A stretch of 64,000 nt of DNA from Planctomicrobium piriforme (lineage in GTDB: Bacteria > Planctomycetota > Planctomycetia > Pirellulales > UBA1268). The stretch lies in assembly GCA_945871035.1 (NCBI GenBank), contig CAMBUD010000004.1, positions 9,001 through 73,000 on the forward strand. Reading direction: 5' to 3'. Below, piece after piece: positions 1 through 10,325 of the stretch. A model generated the notes under the pieces. The model saw nothing but the letters and a program-made list of their open reading frames with translations. It had not been told where the DNA came from and searched no databases. Each line of letters opens with the position of its first letter. Within the stretch, counting starts at the first letter, position 1. The position numbers and the translations under genes were made by a program.

Positions 1-193
1 GGATGGGTCGTGCCGGTGACGGTTGGATCGACCGTTCTCCGGCTGACGCTCGAATCGGTGGCTGCATTCCACCGCGGTCGCTGGAGCGAGCAATGGATGG
101 TTGCGCACTTACAAGAGAGTAAGCCAGGCCAAGTGAGCAAGTAGCGCATCGTCTTGCTCGTACTGTTCTGCGAAGACTGACATCTGCTTGGCG

Positions 194-1207
194 TCAAGCA
201 TTGCGCGAGTTGTAGCAGCGAACAGCATCGATGGAAGCGGCACCGGCAGCCAGCATCAGCAGTCGATCAAATCCCAGAGCCACACCCGTGCCCTCGGGCA
301 TGCCTGCGCCTGTGGGCAGACGCGCGAAAGACTCGCATCCACGATCCTCTCGATCGGCATCTTCCCGGTGTGCATGCAGCAACTGCTGTGGCAGCGGCAG
401 CACACCTCGGCCGTCGGTTGCCCGCAGATGGTTGGCTGCAGCGATCCGAGAGTGAAGCACGCGGCGGCTTGTGTCCTCCTCCCATCCGTTGGCCACTTCC
501 ACACCCTCGACAAAGAGTTCACAGCGCAGGGCCGAAGGCGGGTTGTCGGTACTCAGCTTTGCAAACGCTGCCTGCGAGACCGGCCAGGCTTCTAGCATGG
601 TCGGTCGTCCGCGACCTAGCTGTGGTGCCACGACATCGCTGAGCAGTATTTCAAACCACCGATCCCACGCGACGGCCTCCGGTAGATCGGCATCACTTTC
701 CGGCAGTTGGAGGCCCGCACGATGACCTGCCGCCTGCAAGGCGGGCAGGGAAGCCAGCAGCGGATCGACACCGGCGTGCTCACGAAAAGCTTGCGAACAC
801 AGCACGCGGTCGATGCCGCTGGTGCCGAGAAATTCCCGGCAGATGCGTTCCAGTAAGCGTGCAGTATCACTCAGCGTTGACCCCGGCGCATACCATTCCA
901 GCAACACAAACTCCTCGTCGTGCTGTGCGCCTCTTTCGCCGGCGCGAAACGCATGGGCAAACTGATAAATCGCCCCCGAGCCATGAGCCAGCAATCGTTT
1001 CATCAACGCTTCTGGGCTGGCCTGCAGGTAGTGCGGTGGTTGCTGGACACCCTCCAAGAAAACTGCAATGGGATCGATGTGGGCTTCCGGCAGCACTTCC
1101 GTGGAGAGCACAGGCGTGTCGACCTCCAGAAATCCGTCCGCGTCAAACAGTGCGCGCAGGCCGGAGCGAACGCGGGCACGGAGTTCAAGAGTTGTTCGAG
1201 TTGGCAT
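194..1207 (-). CDS. epmA: Elongation factor P--(R)-beta-lysine ligase (EpmA/PoxA/GenX, class II LysRS catalytic-core paralog)
   Basis: 337-aa ORF with a class II aaRS core and no anticodon-binding domain: 'FLEVDTPVLS', 'IYQFAHAFRAGERGAQHDEEFVLLEWY', 'ELFVEGVEVANGWEE', 'GVALGFDRLLMLAAG'. Collinear with E. coli EpmA as I recall it, apart from a ~20-aa insertion. Confidence 0.8.
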   Translation of the reverse strand: MPTRTTLELRARVRSGLRALFDADGFLEVDTPVLSTEVLPEAHIDPIAVFLEGVQQPPHYLQASPEALMKRLLAHGSGAIYQFAHAFRAGERGAQHDEEFVLLEWYAPGSTLSDTARLLERICREFLGTSGIDRVLCSQAFREHAGVDPLLASLPALQAAGHRAGLQLPESDADLPEAVAWDRWFEILLSDVVAPQLGRGRPTMLEAWPVSQAAFAKLSTDNPPSALRCELFVEGVEVANGWEEDTSRRVLHSRIAAANHLRATDGRGVLPLPQQLLHAHREDADREDRGCESFARLPTGAGMPEGTGVALGFDRLLMLAAGAASIDAVRCYNSRNA

Positions 1208-1250
1208 GAAAAGTTTTTACAACAGGCTGCCGCCGCAATCGGTCTCCCAA

Positions 1251-3347
1251 TCAATGCAACCGCATGCCAGGGAGGGCACCGCTGTCAGGAGAGAGAAGAT
1301 AGACACCCGGTGAACCCGGGCCGCTGGCCGCCACCACCATCCCTGAACTCAGACCAAACTTCATCTGCCGTGGAGCCAGATTGGCGACCACAACCACTAG
1401 TCTGCCGACAAGTGAGTCTGGCGTGTAAACCCCTTTGATTCCGGCAAAAACGGTGCGGACGGTGTCGTCTCCGAGGCTGAGAGTGAGCCGCAGCAATTTT
1501 TTAGCGTCCGGCACTTCTTCGGCCGCGATCACTCGCGCCACGCGCAGGTCGATTTTTGCAAAATCGTCGATGGTGCATTCGGCGGCTAACGGTTCGGTGG
1601 TAAGGCTGTTGCCAGCATCGACTGCAGCGGCTTGTGAAAGGTCCACGTGTTTTACTCCGGGGGGTTGTGCGGGTGAGTCTTGCGACGAGTGGGCCAGCAT
1701 GGTCGCCACGTCCGCTGCCTCCACTCGTCGCATCAGAGGCGTAAACAATCCAATGGGAATACCTGCCAGCGGCGTACGGGATTCCTTCCAAGACTCGATT
1801 GGACCGCCGATAAGAGCGCCAACCTGTTCGGCAAAAACTGGCAGAACGGGGGCTAGATAGACAGCAATCTGCCTAAATAAGTTGATCGCCACCGTAGCCA
1901 CATTCTGCAATTGCACCGCTGAATCGGCACCGGCCTTGGCGAGTTTCCAAGGCTGTTGGGTATCGACGTAGAGATTGGCACGATCGGCTGCCAGCATGAT
2001 GATTCGCATGGCCCGCGCAGAGTCGCACGCCTCAAAGGCTTCGGCAATTGAGTCGCCATCCGCTGCTGCCTGCGCGAAAAGTCCACCATCGGCCGGATAG
2101 CTTGGCGACAGACCGGTTGGCTCTAACCAGCGAGCAGTGCGGCTGGCCAAATTGACGACCTTGCCAACCAGATCGGCATTCACCTTTGCGGTAAACTCTT
2201 CCAGATTCAAATCGATGTCGTCGATGTTACCGGAGAGTTTAGCGGCGTAGTAATAGCGCAGCATTCCCGGGTCGAGATGCTCGCGATAGGTGCTGGCTAA
2301 TAAAAATGTCCCCCTACTCTTGGACATTTTCTGGCCGTTGACGGTCAGGAAGCCATGCACGTGCACCCGCGTGGGAAGCGAGAGGCCGGCTGCCTGCAGC
2401 ATCGCCGGCCAGAAAAGCGTGTGGAAGTAGACGATGTCTTTGCCAATGAAGTGGTGGATTTCTGCGGTCGCCCCAGCAGGCGCACTTGTCTGCCACCACG
2501 ATTCGAACGACTCACCACTGACTGCACACCATTCGCTGGTGGCTGCCAGATAGCCGATTGGTGCGTCAAACCAGACATACCAGTAGTGGCCAGGTGCATC
2601 GGGAATCTCGAAGCCGAAGTAGGGCGCGGGCCGCGAAATATCCCAGTCTCGAAGCGGCTCGCCCAAGAAGTGCCCGCTGAGATAGTTGGCAATGGGAGGA
2701 TCGAGTGCACCAGACGTTTGAGTCCATTGTGTGAGAAAGGGCCGCATTGTCTCGAGCATCACAAACAGATGATCCGCCGAGCGAACATCAGGCTTTGCAC
2801 CCGAGAGCGTGCTCAGTGGGTCGATCAGATCAGCCGGGCTGTAGGTGGCACCGCACTGTTCACAGGCATCACCGTATTGGTCGATCGCACGACAACGCGG
2901 GCAGGTTCCACGCACAAAGCGGTCGGCCAGAAAAACACCCGCTACTGGGTCGTAGAGTTGCTGCACCGATCGCGATGTGATGAGGCCTCGGCTGCGTAGC
3001 GACTGCCAGACGTCGCCACAGCACCGCTTGTTGGCCGGGCTATCGGTAGAACCGTAATGATCGAAGGCAATTTGAAAACCACTGAAATCGGCCAGATGGG
3101 CAGATCGCATGGCGGCGATTAAATCCCGCTCGCTGCGACCCTCGGCCTGCGCACGGATCATAATCGCTGTGCCGTGCGTGTCGTCTGCACAGAGATAAAT
3201 TGCGCGATGACCGCACAGTTTCTGAAAACGCACAAAGATATCGGTCTGGATGTATTCGACCAAGTGCCCGAGATGGATGTGACCATTGGCGTAGGGCAGG
3301 GCGGAGGTGACGAGGATTCGGCGGTTGGGTTGATTGGGAGGATTCAC
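1251..3347 (-). CDS. metG: Methionine--tRNA ligase with C-terminal tRNA-binding (Trbp111/EMAP-like) domain
   Basis: HIGH region '[13 protein letters not shown]', KMSKS loop 'KMSKSRG', zinc knuckle '[18 protein letters not shown]', C-terminal '[29 protein letters not shown]'. Start set at GTG 3347, 10 aa before '[12 protein letters not shown]'. The longest ORF runs to 3527, but the extra 60 aa look non-coding. Confidence 0.93.
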   Translation of the reverse strand: MNPPNQPNRRILVTSALPYANGHIHLGHLVEYIQTDIFVRFQKLCGHRAIYLCADDTHGTAIMIRAQAEGRSERDLIAAMRSAHLADFSGFQIAFDHYGSTDSPANKRCCGDVWQSLRSRGLITSRSVQQLYDPVAGVFLADRFVRGTCPRCRAIDQYGDACEQCGATYSPADLIDPLSTLSGAKPDVRSADHLFVMLETMRPFLTQWTQTSGALDPPIANYLSGHFLGEPLRDWDISRPAPYFGFEIPDAPGHYWYVWFDAPIGYLAATSEWCAVSGESFESWWQTSAPAGATAEIHHFIGKDIVYFHTLFWPAMLQAAGLSLPTRVHVHGFLTVNGQKMSKSRGTFLLASTYREHLDPGMLRYYYAAKLSGNIDDIDLNLEEFTAKVNADLVGKVVNLASRTARWLEPTGLSPSYPADGGLFAQAAADGDSIAEAFEACDSARAMRIIMLAADRANLYVDTQQPWKLAKAGADSAVQLQNVATVAINLFRQIAVYLAPVLPVFAEQVGALIGGPIESWKESRTPLAGIPIGLFTPLMRRVEAADVATMLAHSSQDSPAQPPGVKHVDLSQAAAVDAGNSLTTEPLAAECTIDDFAKIDLRVARVIAAEEVPDAKKLLRLTLSLGDDTVRTVFAGIKGVYTPDSLVGRLVVVVANLAPRQMKFGLSSGMVVAASGPGSPGVYLLSPDSGALPGMRLH

Positions 3348-3607
3348 TGCGTGCTTGGGTGTGGGTTGGGATGAAATGGGGCCTAGCTGAGGAAAGCGGA
3401 TTGTAAGAAGCTGAGTTGAAACGGGGAAACAGCACAGGAAATGGTCGACTAGGAAGGCTTTGTCCAGGCAGATGGTCGAGAAAATGGTCTTGTCGCAACC
3501 GCACGCCATCGACAGTATCCCGCCCACTCAAGGGACGGTGCTTGCACCGCCGCAATACGCTGGCGGATATCGGTCAAAACCAACGCTACCCACGGACGGA
3601 GTTACGG

Positions 3608-5341
3608 ATGAGTTTGTGTTGTCGAGCATTCATTGGAACGTTGATCGTATGCGCTGGACCGCTGCTTGTGTTGCCAGCGTTGGCGAACCCGCTGGGTGGC
3701 CCCGGCACGCGTCCCGCCGTGGCGATTTCAGCAGCGGATGTTGTGCTGCTCGATTTTTCAGCCTCTTGGTGCGGCCCTTGTCGTTCGATGGCGCCACTGA
3801 TCGGCGAAATCTCTGCGGCTGGTTGGACAGTGCGGCACGTTGACGTCGATCGCGAAGGCGATCTGGTGCGACGGTTTGGGGTCAGTGGAGTGCCCTGTTA
3901 TGTGTTGCTTGTACACGGCCAGGAAACCGGTCGCATCAATGGCGCAACCACGCGAAGTGAATTAGAAAATCTCCTCACGCAAAGCCGGCCACCCGCACCT
4001 GCCAGCACGGCCGTTGCGTCTGCCGCGATCAATCAGACGGTCATACCCGGCATCCCATTGCCAGTCACAGCTCTTGAGTCACCGCTATCGATTGAACCAC
4101 CGGCCAAGTTGCGCGCATCCGTTGCCGCGCTTGTGCCAAGCCCTTCAGCAAAAACCCCCGTCAAGGACTCTTTCCCAAAGCCTGAGCAACTGCCGGCCCC
4201 AGCGACGCCGATTGGATCAGCAGTGGGCGTTGTGCCCGCGCAGCCAGCGGGGCTCTCCAGCCACCAGACGCTTGAGCCTGCGGCACGGGCTGCTCTTGAA
4301 AGCAAGCTCATGCATGCCACAGCCCGGCTGAGAGTTGAGGACGCCGCAGGGGTGTCGTGGGGCACAGGCACCGTGATCGATTGCCGGCAGGGCGAAGCGC
4401 TGATTCTAACGTGCGGCCATATTTTTCGTGACTCTCAAGGGAAGGGACGGATCGAAGTCGATCTGTTTGGTCCGAGTGGTTCGCGCGGCGTTGCGGGGCA
4501 GGTTGTGTCGTGGGATTTAAAGCGCGATCTAGCACTCGTCAGTATTTTTACAGAACAAAAAATCGAGCCGGTGCGTGTGGGTGGCGAAAACCGCGCAGCA
4601 GTTGCAGGCGAACCTGTTGTCACGGTCGGCTGCAATGGCGGTAAAGATCCGACTGTGCACCACAGTCGGGTGACGGCGGTCGATAAATATCTCGGACCTG
4701 CCAACGTGCAGGTAGCAGGCCAGCCCGTACAGGGTCGTAGTGGCGGCGGACTTTTTGGCATCGACGGCACTCTGATCGGGGTTTGCAACGCCGCAGACCC
4801 AACTGACAACGAAGGTCTTTTTGCCGCCTTGCCTACGATCCATGAACAGCTCGATGAGATGGGGCTGTCTTTCGTCTACCGCGCCGCCTACCCCAGTGGT
4901 GCAGTCGCCAGCACAGGCAGCGCTCCAGGGGCAGGCATGTCGGTGCCCAATATGCCCGCCGAGATGCCACCGGTATCGTTTGCGCGACGGGATCGATCTG
5001 CCGCGGTCCCGACGGCTTCCACGGGATCAACACCCACCGACTCTGCGCCGGTTGCCGAGTCACTTTCCCCCGGTGAACTGGCGCTGTTGGATCATGTGCG
5101 ACAGCATGAGGGCAAAGCCGATGTGATCTGCATCGTACGCCCGCACAACGCCCCGCACAAAAATGCCAGTGAGGTTTTTGTCTTGCAGGGAGCTGATCGC
5201 GATTTTGTCGACCAGCTTTCCATGGCTCACCTCGGCCACGCCGCGCCCCCGCAGGGGCTTACCCCGCCTGTCAAACGCGCAGACATTGCACTGCTACCAG
5301 AGCCACAGCGACTGCACGAGCCAACCGGAATCAAGCAGTGA
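3608..5341 (+). CDS. Secreted thioredoxin-domain / trypsin-like serine peptidase fusion protein
   Basis: ATG 3608 gives signal peptide 'MSLCCRAFIGTLIVCAGPLLVLPALA'. Trx active site 'FSASWCGPCRSM'. Downstream S1-type triad contexts 'LTCGHIF', 'DLALVSI', 'GRSGGGLF'. Pro/Ala/Ser-rich linker between the domains. Confidence 0.8.
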   Translation: MSLCCRAFIGTLIVCAGPLLVLPALANPLGGPGTRPAVAISAADVVLLDFSASWCGPCRSMAPLIGEISAAGWTVRHVDVDREGDLVRRFGVSGVPCYVLLVHGQETGRINGATTRSELENLLTQSRPPAPASTAVASAAINQTVIPGIPLPVTALESPLSIEPPAKLRASVAALVPSPSAKTPVKDSFPKPEQLPAPATPIGSAVGVVPAQPAGLSSHQTLEPAARAALESKLMHATARLRVEDAAGVSWGTGTVIDCRQGEALILTCGHIFRDSQGKGRIEVDLFGPSGSRGVAGQVVSWDLKRDLALVSIFTEQKIEPVRVGGENRAAVAGEPVVTVGCNGGKDPTVHHSRVTAVDKYLGPANVQVAGQPVQGRSGGGLFGIDGTLIGVCNAADPTDNEGLFAALPTIHEQLDEMGLSFVYRAAYPSGAVASTGSAPGAGMSVPNMPAEMPPVSFARRDRSAAVPTASTGSTPTDSAPVAESLSPGELALLDHVRQHEGKADVICIVRPHNAPHKNASEVFVLQGADRDFVDQLSMAHLGHAAPPQGLTPPVKRADIALLPEPQRLHEPTGIKQ

Positions 5342-5357
5342 GCCTCAGCCGCTTCTG

Positions 5358-7100
5358 CTACCGAGCAGCATCCGTCACCTCAATCGTTACCGGCTGAGCA
5401 TTGACGCTGTTAGCAGCACCGCTTCCCGAACGGCCCGTGGCACGGATGGTTACGCTCCCTCGTCCGAGTAATTCCGCGGGCACCTCGATTGTGGCATCGG
5501 TGCCGACGGTGCGGCCGAGGACGCGGCCCATCGAAAAAACGACTACATTTTCGAGTCCTTTGCCGAGCACACTGACGCGAATCGTCCCAGATGACTTAAC
5601 ACGTGTGGGTTCAACCTTGAGCGTGAGCGACCGGCTGCGATTGGAAAAAAAGACGGGCATGATCCAGCGTCCTTGCGTTTCGATCGGCGACGATTCAATG
5701 GCCACTACCCGCAACTCGTGGTAGCCATCGGACATCAATAATGTATCGAGCGAGAAATGCTCACCCAGGCCGCACTGCTCCAAGCGCATGCCGTCCACGA
5801 ATAACTCAAAGCGATCGACGGTTCCGCCGCCCGGCACGTGAGCCCGTGGCTCCAGTTCAACCAAACCAGAGAGCTGTTGATCGGGCTCCAAGTTGCTCGA
5901 ATCGGAAGCAACCACCACCTCGACCACCGGCACCTTTGCCCACGGCTGGCAGAGCGGGTCGCCCACCACAAGCAATTGGTATGGCGACCGCACCGACTGG
6001 TAAAACGCCTCAGCCAGACTCGCGCCGCGCGCGTAGTGGACCTGAATAGAAGCGTGCGGGAACTTCGACCCAATCGCAAAGGGTTCGATGACGGTGCCAC
6101 TGGAACCGGCCGCACCAGCCCGGAGAAACTCCGAAAGAGGCGTCTGGCTGACTGTCGGCGTAAAAATAGCGCCGTAACTGGTGAGATTTTCACAGATCGC
6201 TCCGGGCACAATCGTGCTCCCGCTCTTGGCCCAGTCGAAGTCGGCTGCGCCGGTCATCAGACCGGCCACATCGCGTTTGCCAACGGGAAGCGTACCGACA
6301 ACGACTTCGCTAGCCACTCCGAGAAGTTTGAGTTCGGCCACGGCTGCGGGGAAGGCGCTGCTGCGAGTGGTTGTGCGCACGTCTGAGTTCGTCATGAAGT
6401 AGATTGTTCCCTTTGGGTGGGTGCCATCGGCGGCAGCCGCTGAAACGAGCGAGGCAACAACCTCTGGAACGGTGTTGCCTCGACCGGCCGTCACGCCGAG
6501 CATCACTGACAGCAGGTAACGCGACCCACCGGACTCCATCAATTCACCCTGCGGTCCCCAGCCATACCAACCGCGAAAGCCATTTGTTACCGTTGGAACG
6601 CCATCTTGATTGAGCGGCCTCCAATAACGATTACTGGCCGGATCGAGATAGCCCGGGGTCGATTGTTGGACGGCGGCGTAGAGCATCGTCATGCCCGTCA
6701 GTGAGCCGGAGGGAAACTTATCATTGCCAGCAATTTCTTTGGGCAGTTCCGCCGCAAAGTCTATGCGCCAAGGAAAATCACTGGAGTACACGATGGCATC
6801 GATGTGTGGTGACAGTTTGCGACCATCGATTGCCCGCAGGATCGGAGTCAGCAAGTCGGTCCGAAACGCGGCGATCGTTGCACTCTCGGTGCCCGCCGTC
6901 CAAGGCAGCATCAACACGTTGATTGGTGGCACCCCGCGCAGTGCCACAAATGCATTGGCCACGGCCAAGCTGTCAGGGCTGTTGGAGTTGACGACAAGGA
7001 ACAGATTTTCTGGCCCGCCACCCGCACGGGCAGGCGCACTGCTCACAGCGGCGAGCAACAGTATCGCCAACCCAATAAAGATTCTGGAATGTGCAATCAT
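5358..7100 (-). CDS. Secreted protein, TIGR03790-like N-terminal region with C-terminal Ig-like/beta-rich region
   Basis: 580-aa ORF with signal peptide 'MIAHSRIFIGLAILLLAAVSSAPARA'. N-terminal 'LFLVVNSNSPDSLAVANAFVALRGVPPINVLML' resembles the TIGR03790 family signature as I remember it. The function assignment is by recollection only. Confidence 0.55.
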   Translation of the reverse strand: MIAHSRIFIGLAILLLAAVSSAPARAGGGPENLFLVVNSNSPDSLAVANAFVALRGVPPINVLMLPWTAGTESATIAAFRTDLLTPILRAIDGRKLSPHIDAIVYSSDFPWRIDFAAELPKEIAGNDKFPSGSLTGMTMLYAAVQQSTPGYLDPASNRYWRPLNQDGVPTVTNGFRGWYGWGPQGELMESGGSRYLLSVMLGVTAGRGNTVPEVVASLVSAAAADGTHPKGTIYFMTNSDVRTTTRSSAFPAAVAELKLLGVASEVVVGTLPVGKRDVAGLMTGAADFDWAKSGSTIVPGAICENLTSYGAIFTPTVSQTPLSEFLRAGAAGSSGTVIEPFAIGSKFPHASIQVHYARGASLAEAFYQSVRSPYQLLVVGDPLCQPWAKVPVVEVVVASDSSNLEPDQQLSGLVELEPRAHVPGGGTVDRFELFVDGMRLEQCGLGEHFSLDTLLMSDGYHELRVVAIESSPIETQGRWIMPVFFSNRSRSLTLKVEPTRVKSSGTIRVSVLGKGLENVVVFSMGRVLGRTVGTDATIEVPAELLGRGSVTIRATGRSGSGAANSVNAQPVTIEVTDAAR

Positions 7101-7285
7101 ACGAAAGGTCCCAGCACAGATGATTTGCGGCCATTTAGTCTGCAGCGTAACCGTTTTTCGTGCGGTGCTCCACTCCCCGGTTCTCTGCCACGGCGATCGG
7201 AAAGCAACTGCCGGCCTGTCGGGGTTGGTTGGCCAATCGGTAAACTGTCGTGGACGTCAGACATGCGATGATTTCAGGAACAAAC

Positions 7286-8275
7286 ATGATACGGTTGCCT
7301 AGGAAAATACTGCTGTTGGCTTGGCGAAAAAGGCTGGCAGGCGTGGCAGTGGCCGCTCTGCTGTTGGTCGGAATGGAGTCGATTTGTCCGGCCGCAGAGC
7401 CACCGTCGTTTTCTGGGCAGCAGGCGTTCGCTCATTTGGCGGCCATCTGCAAACTGGGGCCACGGCCGAGCGGATCGCCGGCCATGGAAAAACAGCGCGC
7501 AATGCTGGTGGAATATTTTCGAGCAGCGGGCGGCACCGTGACAGGACAAGCATTTCAGATTCGTCAACGCCACAGCGGTGCGGTGGTGCGCATGGAAAAC
7601 CTGATCATCGAATGGCATCCCGAACGCCGCGACCGGGTGCTCATCGGAGCCCATTACGACACGCGCCCCTTTCCCGATCGCGACAGCGTTGACCCGAAGG
7701 GCATGTTCATTGGCGCAAACGATGGCGCAAGCGGGGTTGCGCTCTTGATGGAACTGGCCCCCGCAATGCCAGCGATCAAAGGCGAGGTCGGGGTCGATTT
7801 CGTGCTCTTTGATGGGGAAGAATATGTTTTTGCGCCTCGGGATCCTTACTGTTTGGGATCCACTTTTTTTGCGCGGCAGTACAGTGACAAACAGCAAAGC
7901 GCCGCCAAGTCTTCGGCGGGCCGGCCGTCGCAGCGTTACCGCTGCGGTGTGATCGTAGACATGGTTGCCGACAGCAATCTTGAAATCTGGCAGGAGCAGC
8001 ACAGCGTGTCTTGGCCTGACACGCTGCCGGTCGTGGAGGCCATTTGGGATGTGGCTGCACGCATGAAAGTGCAGCAGTTTGTGGCGCGTCCCAAGCACAC
8101 CATCCAGGACGATCACGTGCCCCTGCGGATGATCGCACGCATTCCCACCTGTGATATCATCGATTTTGACTATCCGCATTGGCACACCAGCGACGACACG
8201 CCGGCACACTGCTCTGCAGAATCGCTTGAGGCCGTGGGCCGCGTGTTGCTGCAATGGCTGCGAGAGCAACCCTAA
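7286..8275 (+). CDS. M28-family zinc peptidase / glutaminyl-cyclase-like protein
   Basis: 'LIGAHYDTRPFPD', 'GANDGASGVALLMELA', 'DFVLFDGEEYVF', 'DDHVPL'. N-terminal signal anchor 'MIRLPRKILLLAWRKRLAGVAVAALLLVG'. In-frame alternative starts at 7250 and 7268. Confidence 0.8.
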   Translation: MIRLPRKILLLAWRKRLAGVAVAALLLVGMESICPAAEPPSFSGQQAFAHLAAICKLGPRPSGSPAMEKQRAMLVEYFRAAGGTVTGQAFQIRQRHSGAVVRMENLIIEWHPERRDRVLIGAHYDTRPFPDRDSVDPKGMFIGANDGASGVALLMELAPAMPAIKGEVGVDFVLFDGEEYVFAPRDPYCLGSTFFARQYSDKQQSAAKSSAGRPSQRYRCGVIVDMVADSNLEIWQEQHSVSWPDTLPVVEAIWDVAARMKVQQFVARPKHTIQDDHVPLRMIARIPTCDIIDFDYPHWHTSDDTPAHCSAESLEAVGRVLLQWLREQP

Positions 8276-8294
8276 CTTGAATACTGTTAGAAAA

Positions 8295-8588
8295 ATGGAT
8301 GCGAATCAGAATCGAGCAGCGGCTGTTCGACAGCCATTGGTTGTGCCCCAACTGGGCATTGGTGGCGTGCCGCTCACATTGTCGCTCTGGCTTGTGCCGC
8401 AAGGCGCAGCGGTGATCGAAGGCGATCGCGTGGTGGAGCTTGTCGCCGGCGGTGCGATCATCGATCTGGAATCGCCGGTTTCAGGTCGGCTCGTCAGCCA
8501 ATGCGTTGACGAAGACGCAACGGTGACAGCCGGTACCGTGATCGCGGAGTTTGAGGCAGACAGCGAAACACCAAGCGAACAGCTTTGA
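8295..8588 (+). CDS. Biotinyl/lipoyl-domain-like small protein lacking the modifiable lysine
   Basis: 97 aa from ATG 8295. 'LVVPQLGIGGVPLTLSLWLVPQGAAVIEGDRVVELVAGGAIIDLESPVSGRLV...GTVIAEFE' follows the lipoyl-domain pattern, but the E-T-D-K position reads 'VAGGA'. The longest ORF, from 8151, overlaps the M28 gene. Confidence 0.6.
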   Translation: MDANQNRAAAVRQPLVVPQLGIGGVPLTLSLWLVPQGAAVIEGDRVVELVAGGAIIDLESPVSGRLVSQCVDEDATVTAGTVIAEFEADSETPSEQL

Positions 8589-8597
8589 GAATCCCCG

Positions 8598-10325
8598 ATG
8601 CTTTGCAGCGCTGATCGTCGCGTCTGGTGCCTGTCGCTCTTGGGCGCACTGACGATGTTTCTGGTGCAACCCCCAGCTGATTTGTGGAGGCTTGCCTGGC
8701 TGGCTCCGCTCCCGTGGCTGTGGCTGATCCAAGCCGACACCCTAGGAACCGCCCAGCCGTGGCGGGTGCTGTGGGTGGGCGGGTTGTGCTACTGGCTCAG
8801 CGCCATCCATTGGCTGCGACTGCCCCATCCGGCCACGTCGATTGGCTGGATAGCGTTGTCGGCCTATCTGGCCATCTTCGTACCACTGTTCATCTGGACT
8901 TCACGACGCCTCGTGCACCGTTGGCGGTGGCCGCTGGTGGTAGCTGCACCGCTGGCATGGATGGCACTCGAACAACTTCGCGGCTGGCTGTTGGGGGGCT
9001 TCACGCTTGCGGCACTGGGGCACACGCAGTGGCGATGGACTGAGCTCATCCAGTGTGCCGACTGCTTCAGCGCCTGCGGTGTGAGTGGGATTGTGATGGC
9101 TGTGGCCGCCGGCATATGCCAAATGCTTCCCGAGCGCGGGGTGCGGTATCGCATGGGCCATGCACTGTGTGGCGCAGCCCTTGGCACAGGCGTCTTGGCA
9201 GCCGCGCTTTGCTACGGCATGTGGCGCATGGCGGGTGAGCCGTTGCCGCATGGAGTGCCGCTGGAGGTGCTGCTCGTGCAGGGATCGATCGACACAGAAC
9301 TCAAACACGATCCCGCGGCAGCCGAACAGGTGGTGCGACAGTACGATCGGCTGACGGTTGCCGCACTGGAGGCTTACTCCGCAGGCCTGCCAACTCCTGC
9401 GTGTCCGGATCTGATTGTTTGGCCGGAGACCATGTGGCGCTATGGGCTGCTGGAAATAGACGCGGCCCACGTGCTACCCGAAAGCGTTGTGGAGCAGATG
9501 CTTGGTCCGGCTGTCGGTAGCGATTTGGCTGCGGCGGCCGACGCTCGGCAGTTGCGTTGCCAGCGGGCGCTGGAGCAGGAGCGACTCGATGGAGTGGGAG
9601 CCTTCGCGCGGCGGTATGCCACCACTTGGCTGGTCGGCCTCGACAAGCAGATCTTCACTCCGCTGGTGCCGGCCGGCGTACAGAATTTCAACTGCGCGCT
9701 CTTTTTAGATGCCACGGGCAAAGTCCTCGATTGCTACGAAAAAATGCACCCCGTTGTGTTTGGTGAGTATCTGCCGCTGGCGGAGCGATTTCCTTGGCTC
9801 TACCGGCTCACGCCGCTGCCCGCCGGACTCACAGCGGGAACCGAACCGGTGGCAGTGCGCATCGCAGACCGCTGCGTGGCGACGAATATCTGCTACGAAA
9901 CAACGCTACCCGAAGCAGTGCGGTCGCTGGTTCTGACATTAGAAAAACAGGACCGCCGCCCAGACCTCCTGGTAAACCTCACCAACGATGGCTGGTTTTG
10001 GGGTTCCAGTGAACTCGACATGCACCTGACAAGTGCGATTTTTAGAGCCGTTGAAGTGCGGACGCCGCTGGTGATTGCCGCCAACACTGGGCTTTCTGCC
10101 TCAATTGATGGCAGCGGACGCCTGCTGAAACGCGGCCCGCGACGGGAAACGGCTACTATTTTAGCCCGTGTTTACCCGGACGGTCGCCGCAGTCCGTGGC
10201 TGGTCTGGGGGTCTTGGCCGACAGGGATGTGCGTGGCAATCGTAGCGGTTGTCATGCTGGAAGGATGGCTGTTTGCGTCAGCCTTGAGAATTGTTGACCG
10301 ACCTGCCGATCAACATCTAGGCTAA
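8598..10325 (+). CDS. lnt: Apolipoprotein N-acyltransferase
   Basis: 575 aa. Multi-TM N-terminal half, then a nitrilase-type domain with 'IVWPETMW', 'KMHPVVFGEYLP', 'ATNICYETTLPE', 'NLTNDGWF'. Confidence 0.9.
   Translation: MLCSADRRVWCLSLLGALTMFLVQPPADLWRLAWLAPLPWLWLIQADTLGTAQPWRVLWVGGLCYWLSAIHWLRLPHPATSIGWIALSAYLAIFVPLFIWTSRRLVHRWRWPLVVAAPLAWMALEQLRGWLLGGFTLAALGHTQWRWTELIQCADCFSACGVSGIVMAVAAGICQMLPERGVRYRMGHALCGAALGTGVLAAALCYGMWRMAGEPLPHGVPLEVLLVQGSIDTELKHDPAAAEQVVRQYDRLTVAALEAYSAGLPTPACPDLIVWPETMWRYGLLEIDAAHVLPESVVEQMLGPAVGSDLAAAADARQLRCQRALEQERLDGVGAFARRYATTWLVGLDKQIFTPLVPAGVQNFNCALFLDATGKVLDCYEKMHPVVFGEYLPLAERFPWLYRLTPLPAGLTAGTEPVAVRIADRCVATNICYETTLPEAVRSLVLTLEKQDRRPDLLVNLTNDGWFWGSSELDMHLTSAIFRAVEVRTPLVIAANTGLSASIDGSGRLLKRGPRRETATILARVYPDGRRSPWLVWGSWPTGMCVAIVAVVMLEGWLFASALRIVDRPADQHLG

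Noticed and set aside
1-144. Plus-strand reading frame entering from the left edge (48 codons ending TAG at 142-144), possibly the 3-prime end of a gene convergent with epmA.
   Set aside because: It is too short and has no recognisable motif, so I cannot support it as a feature.
3348-3527. 60-codon N-terminal extension of metG implied by the longest ORF.
   Set aside because: The extra residues ('[36 protein letters not shown]...') look non-coding, and MetRS N-termini normally begin about 10 aa before the HIGH region. GTG 3347 fits.
3537-3548. 12-bp perfect palindrome GGTGCTTGCACC between metG and the Trx-protease gene, with half-sites reminiscent of NtrC boxes.
   Set aside because: It is a single short palindrome with no associated -24/-12 element, which is compatible with chance in 64 kb.
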